From positions 40,610,001 to 40,674,000 of the forward strand of contig OX597829.1 of NCBI GenBank assembly GCA_951406725.2: 64,000 nt of DNA, read 5' to 3'. Positions within the stretch are counted from its first letter, which is position 1, and each line of letters opens with the position of its first letter. The notes under the pieces were generated by a model that was not told the origin of the DNA, searched no databases, and was given only the letters and a program-made list of their open reading frames with translations. The position numbers and the translations under genes were made by a program. Positions 1-12,262 of the stretch are shown here, piece after piece. Origin of the DNA: Octopus vulgaris (Eukaryota).

Positions 1-248
1 TGTTGAAGAATTTTGTAGACAGAAACTGAAAGAAGCCCATTGTATAGTTGCGTGTGTCACCATCATGCAGGCAGTGTTCTTTGTTTCCAGTCTTCCGTGA
101 AAGCACGTCTGATCATGGGCAACTATCATCTTGCTTGGAAACAGGCAAGAGTCGGCGACGGGAAGGACATCCAGCCCTACAAAATTCACTTCAACAAATT
201 TTATTGAAACCATGCAAGCATGGGAAAATGGAAGTTGATAATGATGAT
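1..248 (+). mobile_element. Old hybrid retroposon fragment (family-A-like middle plus family-C-like GGAAGGGCATCCAGC...(GAT)n tail); related pieces at ~300-540, 34985-35375 and 42750-43215
   Basis: gtagacagaaactgaaagaagccc (as in family A) is followed by gggaaggacatccagcc...catgcaagcatgg...gatgat (as in the family C tail). Confidence 0.55.
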
Positions 249-674
249 ATGTATATGTGTGTGTGTGTGTGTGTGCATGTGTATTAGTGCATGCGTTTGT
301 ATCACCCTGTTTTCAACATCATATTATTATTGTTGTGAATGAGCATTACTGTCATTCGAATGTAGTCTGTCATATCCAGTTTTTGTAATTCTCCCCCCAG
401 CCATTGGGGAAATAATACCTTACTTGGAAACATATGAGGGTTGGTGACAGGAAGGGCATCGGGCAGTGGGTAATCTTTCTTAGTTTATTCCATCAGACAC
501 ATGCAGCATTAAGAAGTCATCATAAAAACAAAGATGATATCTACTCAGAAGGATGAAAAGCAAAGTCGGCCTCAGCAGAATTTGAACTCAGAACGTCAAG
601 ACATACGAAATGCCTGAAATCGAGTAACATGCATTGAACTTTCATACGTGATTTTATTACATATATCTTTCTGT

Positions 675-1052
675 TGTCTTATACTTGTTCCAGTCATTTG
701 ACTGTGGCCATACTGGGGCACCACCTTGAAGGGTCAAACAAACTGACCTCAGGAATGTTTTTTTTTTTTAAAAAGCCTGGTACTTATTCTATCAGTCTCT
801 TTTGCCAAACTGCTAAGTTATGGGGATGTAAACACACCAACACTGTTTGTCTAGTGGTGGTGGGTGACAAACACACACACATAGATATACTCAATGGGGT
901 TCTTTAAATTTCCATCTACCAAATCCACTCACAAGGCTCTGGTTGACCTCAGACTATAGTAGAAGACACTTGCCCAAAGTACCACACAGTGGGACTGAAC
1001 CTGGAACCATGTGGTTGTGAAGCAAGCTTCTTACCACACAGCCACGCCTGCA

Positions 1053-1055
<3 letters not shown>
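675..1055 (-). mobile_element. tRNA-derived SINE family A, with a CORE-like segment and an internal microsatellite
   Basis: Reverse complement of the head GGCGTGGCTGTGTGGTAAG...GGTTCAGTCCC (A/B boxes) and of the ...GACTGAAACAAGTAAAAGAG-type tail; more than 15 copies in the window. Confidence 0.85.
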
Positions 1056-1134
<79 letters not shown>

Positions 1135-1172
1135 TATATATATATATATTTAAAGTATATATATATATATAT
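1055..1172. repeat. (TA)n microsatellite
   Basis: Direct reading. Confidence 0.95.
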
Positions 1173-1745
1173 AAAATCATGAACTTCTGTATATTTTATA
1201 TTACCAACCAATATAAATGAACTTTGTTCATTGCTGTTTTCTACACTCCCCTGATTTTCGTGCATGTTTTCTTACCTTTTTTTTTTTACCTGTGTTTTTC
1301 AAGAGTTGTTTCAGGTTGTAATTACACATCAGAACTAGTAATCTGTTTTTAAATTAACTTGACAAAAAGCTATGTAGTTTTATTTTCAATTTTTACCTAT
1401 TTTACGTATGGTTCTGAAATTATTTTATTCAGCTTTGTTGGTTCGTTAAGTTTCCCAGCAACTCCTGCTAAAAAGCACAAGTAATTGCACATTTCTTATG
1501 GAAAGTGATGATAGATAATCATTTGATACTGTATCAGTTGTTAAGAAAATATGCATATTTCTTTTCCATATTACAGCCACAGCTGAAGTGAAACGTTTTT
1601 TTTTTTTAATTCTGCATAGAGTCTTGGATTAATTACACAAAAATTCATTTCTGTGAGTTGAAATAGATAATGGAAAAGGAAAGTTTTGTCTTTCTTCAGA
1701 GACATTTGTTTACATCTGAGGTTCTATTACTATAAATGAGAGTGA

Positions 1746-1780
<35 letters not shown>

Positions 1781-2413
1781 ATGTGTATTATGGCTTTGAG
1801 AAAGGAAAACTTAATAGGGTGATATGGAGAAGCAATGAAGAAGAGAAAAAAACAGTCTTGGAGAATAAAGAAAAAGGGTCAAGACTAAAACAAATGTGAG
1901 AGGGGATATGGCATTTACCATATATTTCCATATAGTACACACACTCACACACACATGTATATATACATACATGTACAAATATATTCACTGTTATAAATAC
2001 AAAAACGTACATAAATGTATGTATATATTTAAAAAAATATAATAAATCATTGACTTTCCATTAATGTAATTTAGATCATCTGAATATTCAATTAAGGTGC
2101 CAAACAAGAGTTTCTGTTTGTATTTTTATTTCCATAAGGCATGCACACACGTACACGCGAGTGTGTGTGTGTGTGTGAAATCAACGGGTTTTTTTTTTTA
2201 ATATTATTCTACTATTTGAGGAAAAGGAGTGGAAGAAGAATCAGTAGAGCAACAGGCAAAAGGCATTGCTGTATTTAATTACATTCACTACTTGTTTCTG
2301 AACTCAAATTTCAAATTTCACCAATGGTCAACTTTGGATTTTCACACACACAAAAAGATTTGAGAGCTGGATATGCCCAGTAGAGAAAACACAGTACGGA
2401 TGAAGAATTTGAA

Positions 2414-2464
<51 letters not shown>

Positions 2465-2466
<2 letters not shown>

Positions 2467-2685
2467 GGAGTATATAAATGTGAAACAAGGTGGAAAAAAG
2501 AGTACTCAAATACCAGTGGTAGAGTAATATGCTTTATTTAAAGCAGCAGAAAATTCAACAAAACCTGTTACTCTGATTTTCACGTTGCGTTCATCGGACA
2601 GTTTTTGCTAAAACTGTCCGATAAACGGCAACAGGAAACTCAGAAGAACAGGTTTTGTTGAATTTTCTGCTGCTTTAAATAAAGT

Positions 2686-2686
<1 letters not shown>
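2465..2686 (-). mobile_element. Penelope-like pseudo-LTR insertion: asymmetric palindrome in (TA)n, HHR-bearing
   Basis: Inverted repeat 2532-2684 with ~75-bp arms, one-sided extension 2465-2531, (TA)n on both sides. Confidence 0.7.
2565..2601 (-). ncRNA. Minimal type I hammerhead ribozyme motif with a U4C core (CCGAUGA); decayed mirror copy at 2614-2651 (+)
   Basis: Minus strand: CTGT CCGATGA ACG-CAA-CGT GAAA ATCAGA GTA ACAG; stem I CTGT/ACAG, GUA cleavage triplet. Confidence 0.6.
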
Positions 2687-2723
<37 letters not shown>

Positions 2724-2725
<2 letters not shown>

Positions 2726-2874
2726 GATGGGCTTCTTTCAGTTTCCGTCTACCAAATCCACTCACAAGGCTTTGATCAGCCCAAGGCTATAGTAGAAGAC
2801 ACTTGCCCAAGGTGCCACGCACTGGGACTGAACCCGGAACCCTGTGGTTGGTAAGTAAGCTGCTTACCACACAA

Positions 2875-2878
<4 letters not shown>
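2724..2878 (-). mobile_element. SINE family A, 5' (tRNA-head) half
   Basis: gatgggcttctttcagtttccgtctacc...gggactgaacccggaacc...cttaccacac. Confidence 0.85.
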
Positions 2879-2923
<45 letters not shown>

Positions 2924-3489
2924 TTTTGGGTGTTAGGTGGAAACAAATAAGTACCAGTCAGGTACTGGAGTCAGTATAATTGACTATATTCTTTCTGTCC
3001 TTCTCTTTGCTCAATATTTGGCCTTGTGGCTACTTTGGAAATAATTTTTTCTTTTTTTTTTTATTATCGTTATTGTCGTTCGTTTCGTTTTATTTCTCCG
3101 TCTGGTAAACATTGAGTTTAACAACAGCTGTCAACTGTTTATTCAAACTGACTAAGAATATACAGCAGTATTTCGCTGCCAATAACCACCAGGCAGCCAG
3201 GTTGAATTTAGGAAACTACAAACTAGATTTAGAATGTGCAACAAGTTCACAAAGTGGAATGAATTATTTTGTTGTGGAGGAAGAAGTGAACTCTGACGCT
3301 TCCGGCAGAACCCTTCATCGGAGAGGAGAGATTGGTGGGGGAGTGGGGGTGGGGAAATGTTTACTAGTAGTGGTTAATAAATGCATTTTGAGTGGTGGTA
3401 GCTGTAGTAGTTGTAGTGGTGATGGTGGCAGTGATGGTAGTTGTCATTCAATAGTAGTAGTAATGTTGTTGTTGTTATTGTTATCGAGG

Positions 3490-3925
3490 CAGCAACCTGG
3501 CAAAATTGTTATCATGCTGGACGGACAGAATTCTTAGCAGCACTTTGTTCGTTTTTTTTTGTTCTGTGTTCGAATTCAGCTGCTATCAACCTTGCCTTTC
3601 ATCCCTTGACCCTTTCGTTACCAACCCAGCCTAAACCGGCTCTGGGCTGAATACAAATGTCTTGTTTTCATAAGTTTTGCATCAAAATATACCACCAAAC
3701 CTTAGTCGCAATTTATATTCCTAACACCAGCTTAATGATAACTAAGTTATTTTACTAAATTCTTTATTATACTTTAAATAATTGAAAGAAACACAGAGCA
3801 TCTCAAAATAAATACAGTAATGAAAGGGTTAAGGGTCAACAAAATGAGTACCAGTTGAACATTGGGGTCGATGTGATCAATATACTCCTACTGCCCACCT
3901 TGAAATTGGCACCGCCTTGTGCCAA
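3490..3925 (+). mobile_element. Old SINE family B copy interrupted by a MITE; another old copy at 3981-4200
   Basis: ccttgcctttcatccc[MITE]gggtcaacaaaatgagtaccagttg...ggggtcgatgtgatc. Confidence 0.7.
3610..3828. mobile_element. piggyBac-like MITE
   Basis: Terminal inverted repeats (TIRs) CCCTTTCGTTAC / GTAATGAAAGGG flanked by TTGA/TTAA; related partial copies at ~11505-11615, 21200-21335 and 39480-39730. Confidence 0.75.
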
Positions 3926-4894
3926 AATTTTAAGCCATCATCATCATCATTATTATTATTATCATTATTATTATTATTATGAAGGTCGCAAGCTGGCAGA
4001 ATTGTTAGCATTACCAGAGATAATACTTCATGGCGTTTTGCCTGCCATTATGTTCTGAGTTCAAAATCAGCTGAGGCCGACTTTACGTTTTTCTCCCTTC
4101 AGGGTTAGTAAAATAAGTACTATTTGAGGACTGGCGTCATTGTAATCAAATGGACTCTCCGACAAAAATGTCCAGGATTTGTACCAATGATTGAAACGAT
4201 TATTGTAGTAGTGGTAGAAGTAGTAGTTTTAGAAAGGCTTAGTAAAATTAACGCTTTTTTTTTTCTTTTTCTCTCGCTGGTTTCATCCCCATGCTGGCTT
4301 CAGAGAATCACTGGACTGTGGCCATGCCATGTCACCTTAACACCCACACTCTTTTCATTTATGGAATTACCTTTGATCATAGGCATGCTTGATCTGGGTT
4401 GACTTTGGACAGCACCACAGCAACAAAAATGGTGTTCAGTAAACTGCAAGTGTAACCATTATAAAGAACATTATTAATTTCTCTGTTTCAGCGCACTATT
4501 TCATACAAATTTCTTTTTATTCAAAAGTATTCAGTATTTCTTCTGACAATTCTTGGCATAAGTTTGTTTCACTTTTTTTTTTTTTTTTCTGGAGTTTCTT
4601 TTTGTTGTTGTTTTTTTATTAAAATTTTCTTCCCCTCACATGGAATTTTGTCATCTTATGTATAAGCTCACTTTCTGAATCTTCTCTGTTTTAATAAGCT
4701 CCATGTTACACTTACAAATCTTCTGTTATGAAATACTGTCATATAACTAAGTTATTGGCTAGCTTAATAGAATTATCGAATTTCTTAAATCCTAGTGGGT
4801 TGAGTAATTTACATCAATTAACTCATTATTATTTGAATTGTACCAACAGTGTTTCCAGTCCTTCATTAAACATTTCTAAAATCAAAATCAAACT

Positions 4895-5432
4895 CGGTGA
4901 CTGGCATCCGTGCTAGTGGGATGCAATGAGCACCATACGAGTGTGATCATTGACAGAACGGCTAACCGTCTTCCGTGCCAGTGGCACTTAAAAGGAACCA
5001 TTTGAGCGTGATCGTTACCAGCGTCGCATTACTGGCACTCGAGCCCCATGCTAGTAGGGTATTAAGAGCACCATCCGAGCGTGATCGTTGCCAGAGCGGC
5101 TATTTGGCCTCCGTGCTGGTGGCACATAAAAGACACCATTCGAGCATGATTGTTACCAGCATCACCTTACTGGCACCTGTGCCAGTGGCATGTGTAAAAG
5201 CTCCGAGCGAGGTCGTTGCCAGTACCGCCTGACTGGCCCTGTGCCGGTGGCACGTAAAAGCACCCACTACACTCTCGGAGTGGTTGGCGTTAGGAAGGGC
5301 ATCCAGCTGTAGAAACTCTGCCAGATCAAGATTGAAGCCTGGTGCAGCCATCTGGTTCGCCAGCCCTCAGTCATACGTCCAACCCATGCTAGCATAGAAA
5401 GCGGACGTTAAAAGATGAAGATGATGAGGAGG
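4895..5432 (+). mobile_element. Family C: 3' UTR of an RTE-type LINE (5'-truncated), with about 7 internal structured units
   Basis: Repeated GTGCCRGTGGCACRTAAAAGCACC units, then GGTTGGCGTTAGGAAGGGCATCCAGCTGTAGAAAC...GCGGACGTTAAA(GAT)n. Confidence 0.8.
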
Positions 5433-5616
5433 ATTTGAATGCCCATAATAAATACATTGCCTATTGTTGTTCTTTTAGTCCATTCAGAATCCATTTAGTA
5501 TTGGAGTGCATTGAGAGGTGCTTATCACTGCATATTTCTACAGACACAGTTGAATTTCAGAATCGTAATATATCGTAGGGTGAGAAACTTTTATCACTTA
5601 AAACTAGCCAAGCAAT

Positions 5617-6042
5617 TACTCTTTACTCTTTTACTTGTTTCAGTCATTTGACTGTCACCATGCTGGAGCACCACCTTTAGTAGAGCAAATCGACCCCAGG
5701 ACTTATTCTTTGTAAGCCTAGTGCTTCTTCTATCGGTCTCTTTTGCCAAACCGCTAAGTGACGAGGACGTAAACACACCAGCATCAGTTCTCAAGCAATG
5801 TTGGGGGGACAAACACAGACACACATACATACACACTCACACACACACACATATATATATATATGTATACATATATACGACAGGATTCTTTCAGTTTCCG
5901 TTTACCAAATCCAGTCACAAGGCTTTGGTCGGCCCGAGGCTATAGTAGAAGACACTCACCCAAGGTGCCACGCAGTGGGACTGAACCTGGAACCATGTGG
6001 TTCGTAAGCAAGCTACTTACCACACAGCCACTCCTACACCTA
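5617..6042 (-). mobile_element. SINE family A, full length
   Basis: Complete head, internal (CA)/(TA) tract and (AAAAGAGT)n tail. Confidence 0.9.
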
Positions 6043-6073
6043 TAATTAGCACACAATTAAAATTTTTTTGTTT

Positions 6074-6500
6074 CGTGTCGGTGGCACGTAAAAGCACCAT
6101 CCATTCGTGTCCGTTGCCAGCCTCGGCTGGCCCCCGTGCCGGTGACACATAAAAGCACCGTGGCCGTTTGCCAGCTCTGTCTGGCAACCGTGTCGGTGGC
6201 ACGTAAAAGCACCATCCGTTCGTGTCCGTTGCCAGCATCGCCTGGCCCCGTGCCGGTGACATGTTAAAGCACCATCCGTTCGTGGCCGTTTGCCAGCTCT
6301 GTCTGGCACCTGTGCAGGTGGCACGTAAAAAACACCCACTACACTCGCGGAGTGGTTGGCGTTAGGAAGGGCATCCAGCCGTAGAAACACTGCCAGATCT
6401 GACTGGGCCTGACGAAGCCTTCCAGCTTCACAGACCCCAGTTGACCCGTTGAACCCATGCTAGCATGGAAAGCGGACGCTAAATGATGATGATGATGATG
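6074..6500 (+). mobile_element. Family C (RTE 3' UTR) with 5 tandem units
   Basis: Unit starts near 6074, 6135, 6189, 6249 and 6311; (GAT)n tail. Confidence 0.8.
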
Positions 6501-6689
6501 AGAGAAAGTTCTATTGAAATTAGTTGATTGAATTTTTTGAACTGTAAAGACAAGATAGATGGAAATAAGTCCAGTCTTTCATTCAACATACTCGTCACAA
6601 GAATATTTGATGCCAGATTATTTGGGAAATACAACTGTATTTCAAAGGTGTTAATGTGTGTATACATATATAAACATTTATATATATAT

Positions 6690-7043
6690 ACTCTTACTCT
6701 CTTTTACTCTTTTACTTGTTTCAGTCATTTGACTGCGGCCATGCTGGGGCACCGCCTTTAGTACTTATTCTATCGGTCTCTTTTGCCGAACCGCCAAGTA
6801 ACGGGGACATAAGCACACCAGCATCGGTTGTCAAGCAATGGTAGGGGGACAAACACAAACACACACACACACACACATACATATATATACATATATACGA
6901 CAGGCTTCTTTCAGTTTCCGTCTACCAAATCCACTCACAAGGCATTGGTCGGCCCGGGGCTATAGCAGAAGACACTTGCCCAAGGTGCCGCGCAGTGGGA
7001 CTGAACCCGGAACCATGTGGTTGGTTAGCAAGCTACTTACCAC
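6690..7043 (-). mobile_element. SINE family A
   Basis: Matches 5617-6042 with an internal deletion. Confidence 0.88.
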
Positions 7044-7051
7044 ATATATTT

Positions 7052-7740
7052 TTTGGAGGAAACATGTGGAAGGGGTTGACCCAGGAAGAGATGAGATGAA
7101 GTGGTGAGAAATGAACTTCAGGTGTTAAACCTCTCAAAGTAAATGACAGGTGATCGAAACTCCTGGCAGTTTGCTGTTTGAGAAGACATGTTATGCTAAG
7201 TAAGTACGTGGTTGTCCTTGCATACAGGCATGTCCTCTGAATCCCTCTTCAGCTGAGCGTTCCTAATCTTGTGGGTTTGTGGGTGCCACATAAGAAGCAC
7301 CCATATCAGTGCCATGTAAAAGCACCTGTGCCAGTGCTGCATAAAAGCACCGAGTACACTCTGTAGAGTGGTTAATGCTAGGAAGGGCATTCAGCCATAG
7401 AAGCCATATGCAAACAGACATTAAGGCGGCGAACTGGCAGAATCGTTAGCACGCCGGGCCAAATGCTTAGTGGTATTTTGTCTGCCATTGCATTCTGAGT
7501 TCAAACTCCGCCAAGGTCGACTTTGTCTTTCATTCTTTCAAGGTCGATAAATTAAGTACCAGTTACGCACTGGGGTCGATGTAATTGACTTAATCCCTTT
7601 GTCTGTCCTTGTTTGTCCCCTCTATGTTTAACCCCTTGTGGGCAATAAAGAAACAAGAAACCATATGCAAACAGACATGGAGCCTTGTAGCTCTTCAGTT
7701 AGCCAGCTGAACAAATGGATGTTTAATAATTCTGATGATG
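7052..7740 (+). mobile_element. RTE-clade LINE 3' end (decayed ORF2 C-terminus plus family-C UTR), interrupted by SINE B at 7422-7655
   Basis: Translation EETCGRG*PRKR*DEVVRNELQVLNLSK*MTGDRNSWQFAV resembles the RTE motif GRGRPRKTW...DR..W; SINE B is flanked by a duplicated agaa(g/a)ccatatgcaaacagacat. Confidence 0.75.
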
Positions 7741-8359
7741 TATACATATATATATATATACATCATATATACACCAACATCTTTTGAACACATGCAGACT
7801 AGCACTCATACATGGTCACACATATGTATATGAACAGACGCATACACAGAGAACACATGTGTTAATCCATAATAGAAATACTTGACATATCTGAGATATA
7901 GAGCAGCTGCTACACACACACACACACACACACACATGCCAAAAGAAGCAAACAAACAAACAAAAGATAAATCATTCACCACAACCACGAAAAAAAAAAA
8001 AACCCACCTATTCAGCTCTTTGGCAAAGTTCATTTTTTAGAAACCACTCTATAACTTGCAGAAAGCAATGAGGGTATCTCTATATGTCCCTATATGTCTC
8101 TATATGGTCACTCAGTGTGCTAAAAGCAGTGGCAGCCCAAATTTTGCTAAAATTACCCTGTACCATTAAATGGGAAAGGCACTCACTCACAAATATCATG
8201 CAATGTCAGGACAAAGAGACAATAACATACTCGCACACACATGGTTATTAGTTTTGAATGTGTCTCAAATGTGTGTTGTTTGTGTGTGTGTATATATATA
8301 TAATATGTTCTCTAGCCGGTAAATTGACTGCTGTAGTTTATTAACTGCAGAGTAATTTC

Positions 8360-8737
8360 CGATCCCAGCGCGCCAAAGTGAAGGCTTGATAAATTAAGCA
8401 AAAGATTTCAATCTTTTGGATGGGTATCAATGAGGAAGACCAACTGTTCTCAATAACGACACTATGAAAGCAGCAGTTGAAGAGTATTGGGTACTCAGCT
8501 CAAATGCTTAAGGAAACCTTGATCCAACTGTGCAAGATGACCTCAAGCAGATTGGGAAAGTGTTATAGAGTAGAGCATACCTTATAAGCTGTCCCTTGAG
8601 AATGAAGGCTTTATTCAGTGAAGATAACACAAGGAAAGATAACTTGATTAGGCTGGGGAGCTCAACCTCGCCCGTGTCTACACACCAAGACTTAACACTA
8701 TCAGATTTTCACCTGATCACGTCTCTTGAACACTTGG
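8360..8737 (+). pseudogene. Highly decayed, internally deleted mariner (DD34D) transposase relic
   Basis: Frameshifted peptides DFNLLDGYQ*GRPTVLNNDTMKAAVEE, PTVQDDLKQIGKV, IPYKLSLENE (WVPHEL-like) and LGW...YTP/DLTLSDFHLITSL (YSPDLAPSDFHLF-like), in the expected order. Confidence 0.7.
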
Positions 8738-9154
8738 GAAAACAGTAGAAATGCACTCTATACACTTTTCTTTTCTAAAAAAAAAAACATTAATTTTTTT
8801 TTTTTTGCTTGAGGTACTTGCAGCTAGATGACCTGTTAATAGTTCAGTTTCTTTGTCATGTACACGGTCCAGTGGACTAAACCACACTGATGTATCTACT
8901 TACAGCTAGGTAGACTGAGGATTGCTCATTAAATGTTTTGGTCACAGATGCAGAAGAGTGAATTATACCACATTGTGGTACCTACATACAACTAGGCAGA
9001 GTGAACCATTGACAGTTCTGTGTCTTGGTTGTTGAGGAAGTACAGTACTAGTAAAAAGTTATGCACCATTGACCTCAACAGCTGAGTATCTGCTACCCTA
9101 TCCCCTTGCTCATCCTACCCCAGCTTTTTTTTCTTTTTTGTTATTTTTTTGTAT

Positions 9155-9359
9155 TTACTCTTTTACTTGTTTCAGTCATTTTGACTGTGGCCATGCTGGA
9201 GCACCACCTTTAATCGAGCAACTCGACCCCGGGACTTATTCTTTGTAAGCCCAGTACTTATTCTATCGGTCCCTTTTGCCAAACCGCTAAGTGACGGGGA
9301 CATAAACACACCAGCATCGGTTGTCAAGCAATGCTAGGGGGACAAATACAGACACAAAC

Positions 9360-9412
<53 letters not shown>

Positions 9413-9568
9413 CATATATACGATGGGCTTCTTTCAGTTTCCGTCTACCAAATCCACTCACAAGGCTTTGGTCAACCCGAGGCTATAGTAGAAGACACTT
9501 GCCCAGGGTGCCACGGAGTGGGACTGAACTCGGAACCATGTGGTTGGTAAACAAGCTACTTACCACAC
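9155..9568 (-). mobile_element. SINE family A
   Basis: Near-identical to the other copies. Confidence 0.9.
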
Positions 9569-10560
9569 GAAATATTTTTCCTTAGAGAAAAATTTATCAA
9601 TGAACCACACATCACTGTTACTTAATGATTGTATAAGTTTATAACAAAATAAATCTCGATTATTTCTATTTTATACTCATCAGTATGTCTTCTCCTGTTC
9701 AACAATCAATAAATGACAACTCCACAACCTGCCGACTGTTGACAGATTTTTTCCTTTTTTTTTTTCATTTCTTTTTTGTATCATTATTGAACCTGTTACA
9801 GTTGTTCGATTTTTTTTTTCTTTCATTGTATTTGAACAGCTTTTTTTTTGTGTGCATATGTCATTGTCATTGGTTTTTTTTTTTTGTGAAGTGAGTTGAG
9901 AACTTAGTGGTGGTGGTGGTGGTGGTGGTGGGGAGATGTTTTCAATCCATGTCTTACAGAAAAAGATCAAATGATTTTTTTTTTTTTCTGCAGAGCAGCA
10001 TCCGCCCTCTCATCCTGTGATCTTGCATCAAATTGCAAGGGAAGGTTCATTCCGATTCTAATTGGATCTTCCTCGTTGTCCAACATTTGTGACACTGAAT
10101 GTCAGTTACATTTAACTTGACAGTGACACACCACAGAATGTGATCACCCCCACCCCTCCACCCAAGCTTGGCATACTCCCCAAAATCACAGCACCTTGAA
10201 ACTAACGAGGCAGTCTCTATACGGTTGCTCAACCTGCAAGAAATACTGATCAAATCAAAATCTTCATCGGATCACAACTCCACAGACTTCTGGAAGTGGA
10301 AACATCAGAGAAGTGTTCTCCTAGATATGCTATGCACCAAGTCCAAACAAAAGATTAGATGTCAAAAATTGAACTTTTCCTTTAACCACAGCTCAGCTTG
10401 ATCAGAGATGACTTGGAGCTAATTAATAAGAATTTTAAGGTGGGCAAAGTAAGTTAAATGTTTGTCATACACCAAGAATTTACTACACATCACTCAACAG
10501 TGCCTGAGTACATCATGTAGTAGTAGTAGTAGTTGTTGTTGTAGCAGCGGTAGCGATGTC

Positions 10561-10948
10561 AGTGGAGGCACAATGGCCCAGTGGTTAGGGCAGCAGACTC
10601 ACGGTCAGAGGATCGCGGTTTCGATTCCCAGACCGGGCGTTGTGTGTGTTTATTGAGCGAAAACACCTAAAGCTCCACGAGGCTCTGGCAGAAGGTGGTG
10701 GCGACCCCTGTTGTACTCTTTCGCTCCAACTTTCTCTCACTCTTTCTTCCTGTTTCTTGTCCCCGACTTCCTACACAACCGCTGAGCCTGGATGCGCATT
10801 CATTCATCCATCCGTCGATGCTCTCGGTGTCGGGGGTTGACCTGCTTTCTCTTCTGCAGGTCTTACGAATAGCAAAGGACCACAATTCGGACTTCTTCCA
10901 CTCTGGGACGAAGACCGCTTCGCTCAACAAACAAACAAACAAACAAAT
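10561..10948 (+). mobile_element. tRNA-derived SINE family D, tail variant 1 ending in (AAAC)n
   Basis: A box TGGCCCAGTGG, B box GTTTCGATTCC; head shared with the copies at 18610 and 45130. Confidence 0.85.
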
Positions 10949-11008
10949 AAGCAGCGACGTTAGTAACAGCAGTACTGATTTCACAAATGTGTGTGTGTGC
11001 ATATGTGT

Positions 11009-11288
11009 GAAGGCTTGTGGACTAGTGGTTAGGGCATTGCACTCCTGATTCCTAGATCATGTGTTCAAATCCTGGACTGGGAGCTCTTGAGCAAATCACT
11101 TCATTTCACGCTGTCCCAGTCCACTCAACTGTAGATAGGAATCCCTGTGACAGAATAGCCTTCTGATCAGAGGTGAGGTCAACCTACTTGCCTAGCCAGT
11201 GGGGTGGCGTCATTTAAGAGCTCAAACAATGCAAAGTGCATTGTGACCAGTGATGTATAACAACATCTGATAGTCTGTGATCACGTGT
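11009..11288 (+). mobile_element. Old tRNA/CORE-type SINE whose 3' tail matches the family D copy at 45130
   Basis: tggactagtggttagg, gttcaaatcc, cttgagcaaatcacttcatttcacg; tail ggtggcgtcattt...gcattgtgaccagtgatgt. Confidence 0.65.
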
Positions 11289-11639
11289 GTATGTAAATGT
11301 GTTGTTGTTTTACCAAAGGTCAGCCCAAGTTGCATATATACAGAGGAAAATTCTTTTCTATTTAAGATAGTAAAGTTTAATCCAACATAGATTCAGCTGC
11401 TATTTCTAGCATATCGAATAACTACATTGGGAATACATATTGGTTCATGTTATATAAATGTGAAACATACATATCATAAAATAAAGTTAGTTTGTTTTTC
11501 ACCTTCAGGCCTGTTACAATGCAAACCTTTTTGATACCAACCTACCCGAGACTGCCCCTGGTTCTCTGACACAAACTTCCTGCTTTTAAAGTGATCTAAA
11601 TTAAAGCCTTCCAAGAAAATGTCATATTTATATATGCAC

Positions 11640-12262
11640 CAAACACCCAGCTTCTTGGTTGTGTGGGTAAGAAGCTCGCTCCTCAAACACGTGGTCTTTG
11701 GTTCAATCCCACTGTACAGTTATTTCTTTAATGCCCACAAGGGGCTAAACATAGAGGGGACAGACAAAGGGATTAAGTGGATTACACCGACCCCAGTATG
11801 TAACTGGTACTTAATTTATCAACCCCGAAAGGATGAAAGGTAAAGTCGACCTTGGTGGAATTTGAACTCAGAACGTAGCAGCAGATGAAATACCGCCAAA
11901 CATTTCGCCTGGCGCGCTAACGTTTCTGCCAGCTCGCCGCCTGTACAGTACCTTGGCCAAGTGTCTCCTTCTATAGCCCTGAGCTGACACCCTTGTGAGG
12001 GGATTTGGTTGAAGGAAGTAAGAATCTCATTATGTGTGTGTGTGTGTACAGAGATATCTTCAATATTTATATCTGTGTGAGTGTGTTTTTTGCGTTTGTC
12101 TCCCTCACCATGACTTAACGACTGATACACTAAGGTAGGTACCAGGTTAAGGAGAAAAAAAAGCTACTGGTAGGTACACTTATGTTTTTGTTCAGCTAAA
12201 CCCTTCGATATGCTGCCCAGGCATGGCCACAGTCCAAGGACTGAAACGAGACAAAAGGATAA
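11640..12262 (+). mobile_element. Old SINE A interrupted by SINE B (11720-11941, minus strand)
   Basis: ctgtacagt is duplicated on both sides of the B insertion. Confidence 0.7.

Noticed and set aside
1295-1345. Minus-strand CTGATGT...GAAAC
   Set aside because: Core mismatch and no proper cleavage triplet or stem II register.
3112-3537. 141-aa ORF
   Set aside because: TTG start, low-complexity second half running into a SINE, and no recognisable domain.
5240-5275. Resemblance of CGTGC...GCACGTAAAA...AGCGT to the pistol ribozyme P1, linker and AGCGU
   Set aside because: The order of elements differs (no P2 between the linker and the pseudoknot strand, no P3/GU site); kept only as a possible pseudoknot.
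6074-6345. CRISPR-like appearance of the family C array (hairpin repeat with variable intervening sequence)
   Set aside because: The intervening parts are homologous to each other, there are no cas genes, the context is eukaryotic, and the array is attached to RTE LINE ends.
9975-10120. Strong 3' splice-site-like T-run plus CTGCAG at ~9992
   Set aside because: No convincing donor site or recognisable peptide follows; a non-coding or UTR exon cannot be excluded without RNA data.
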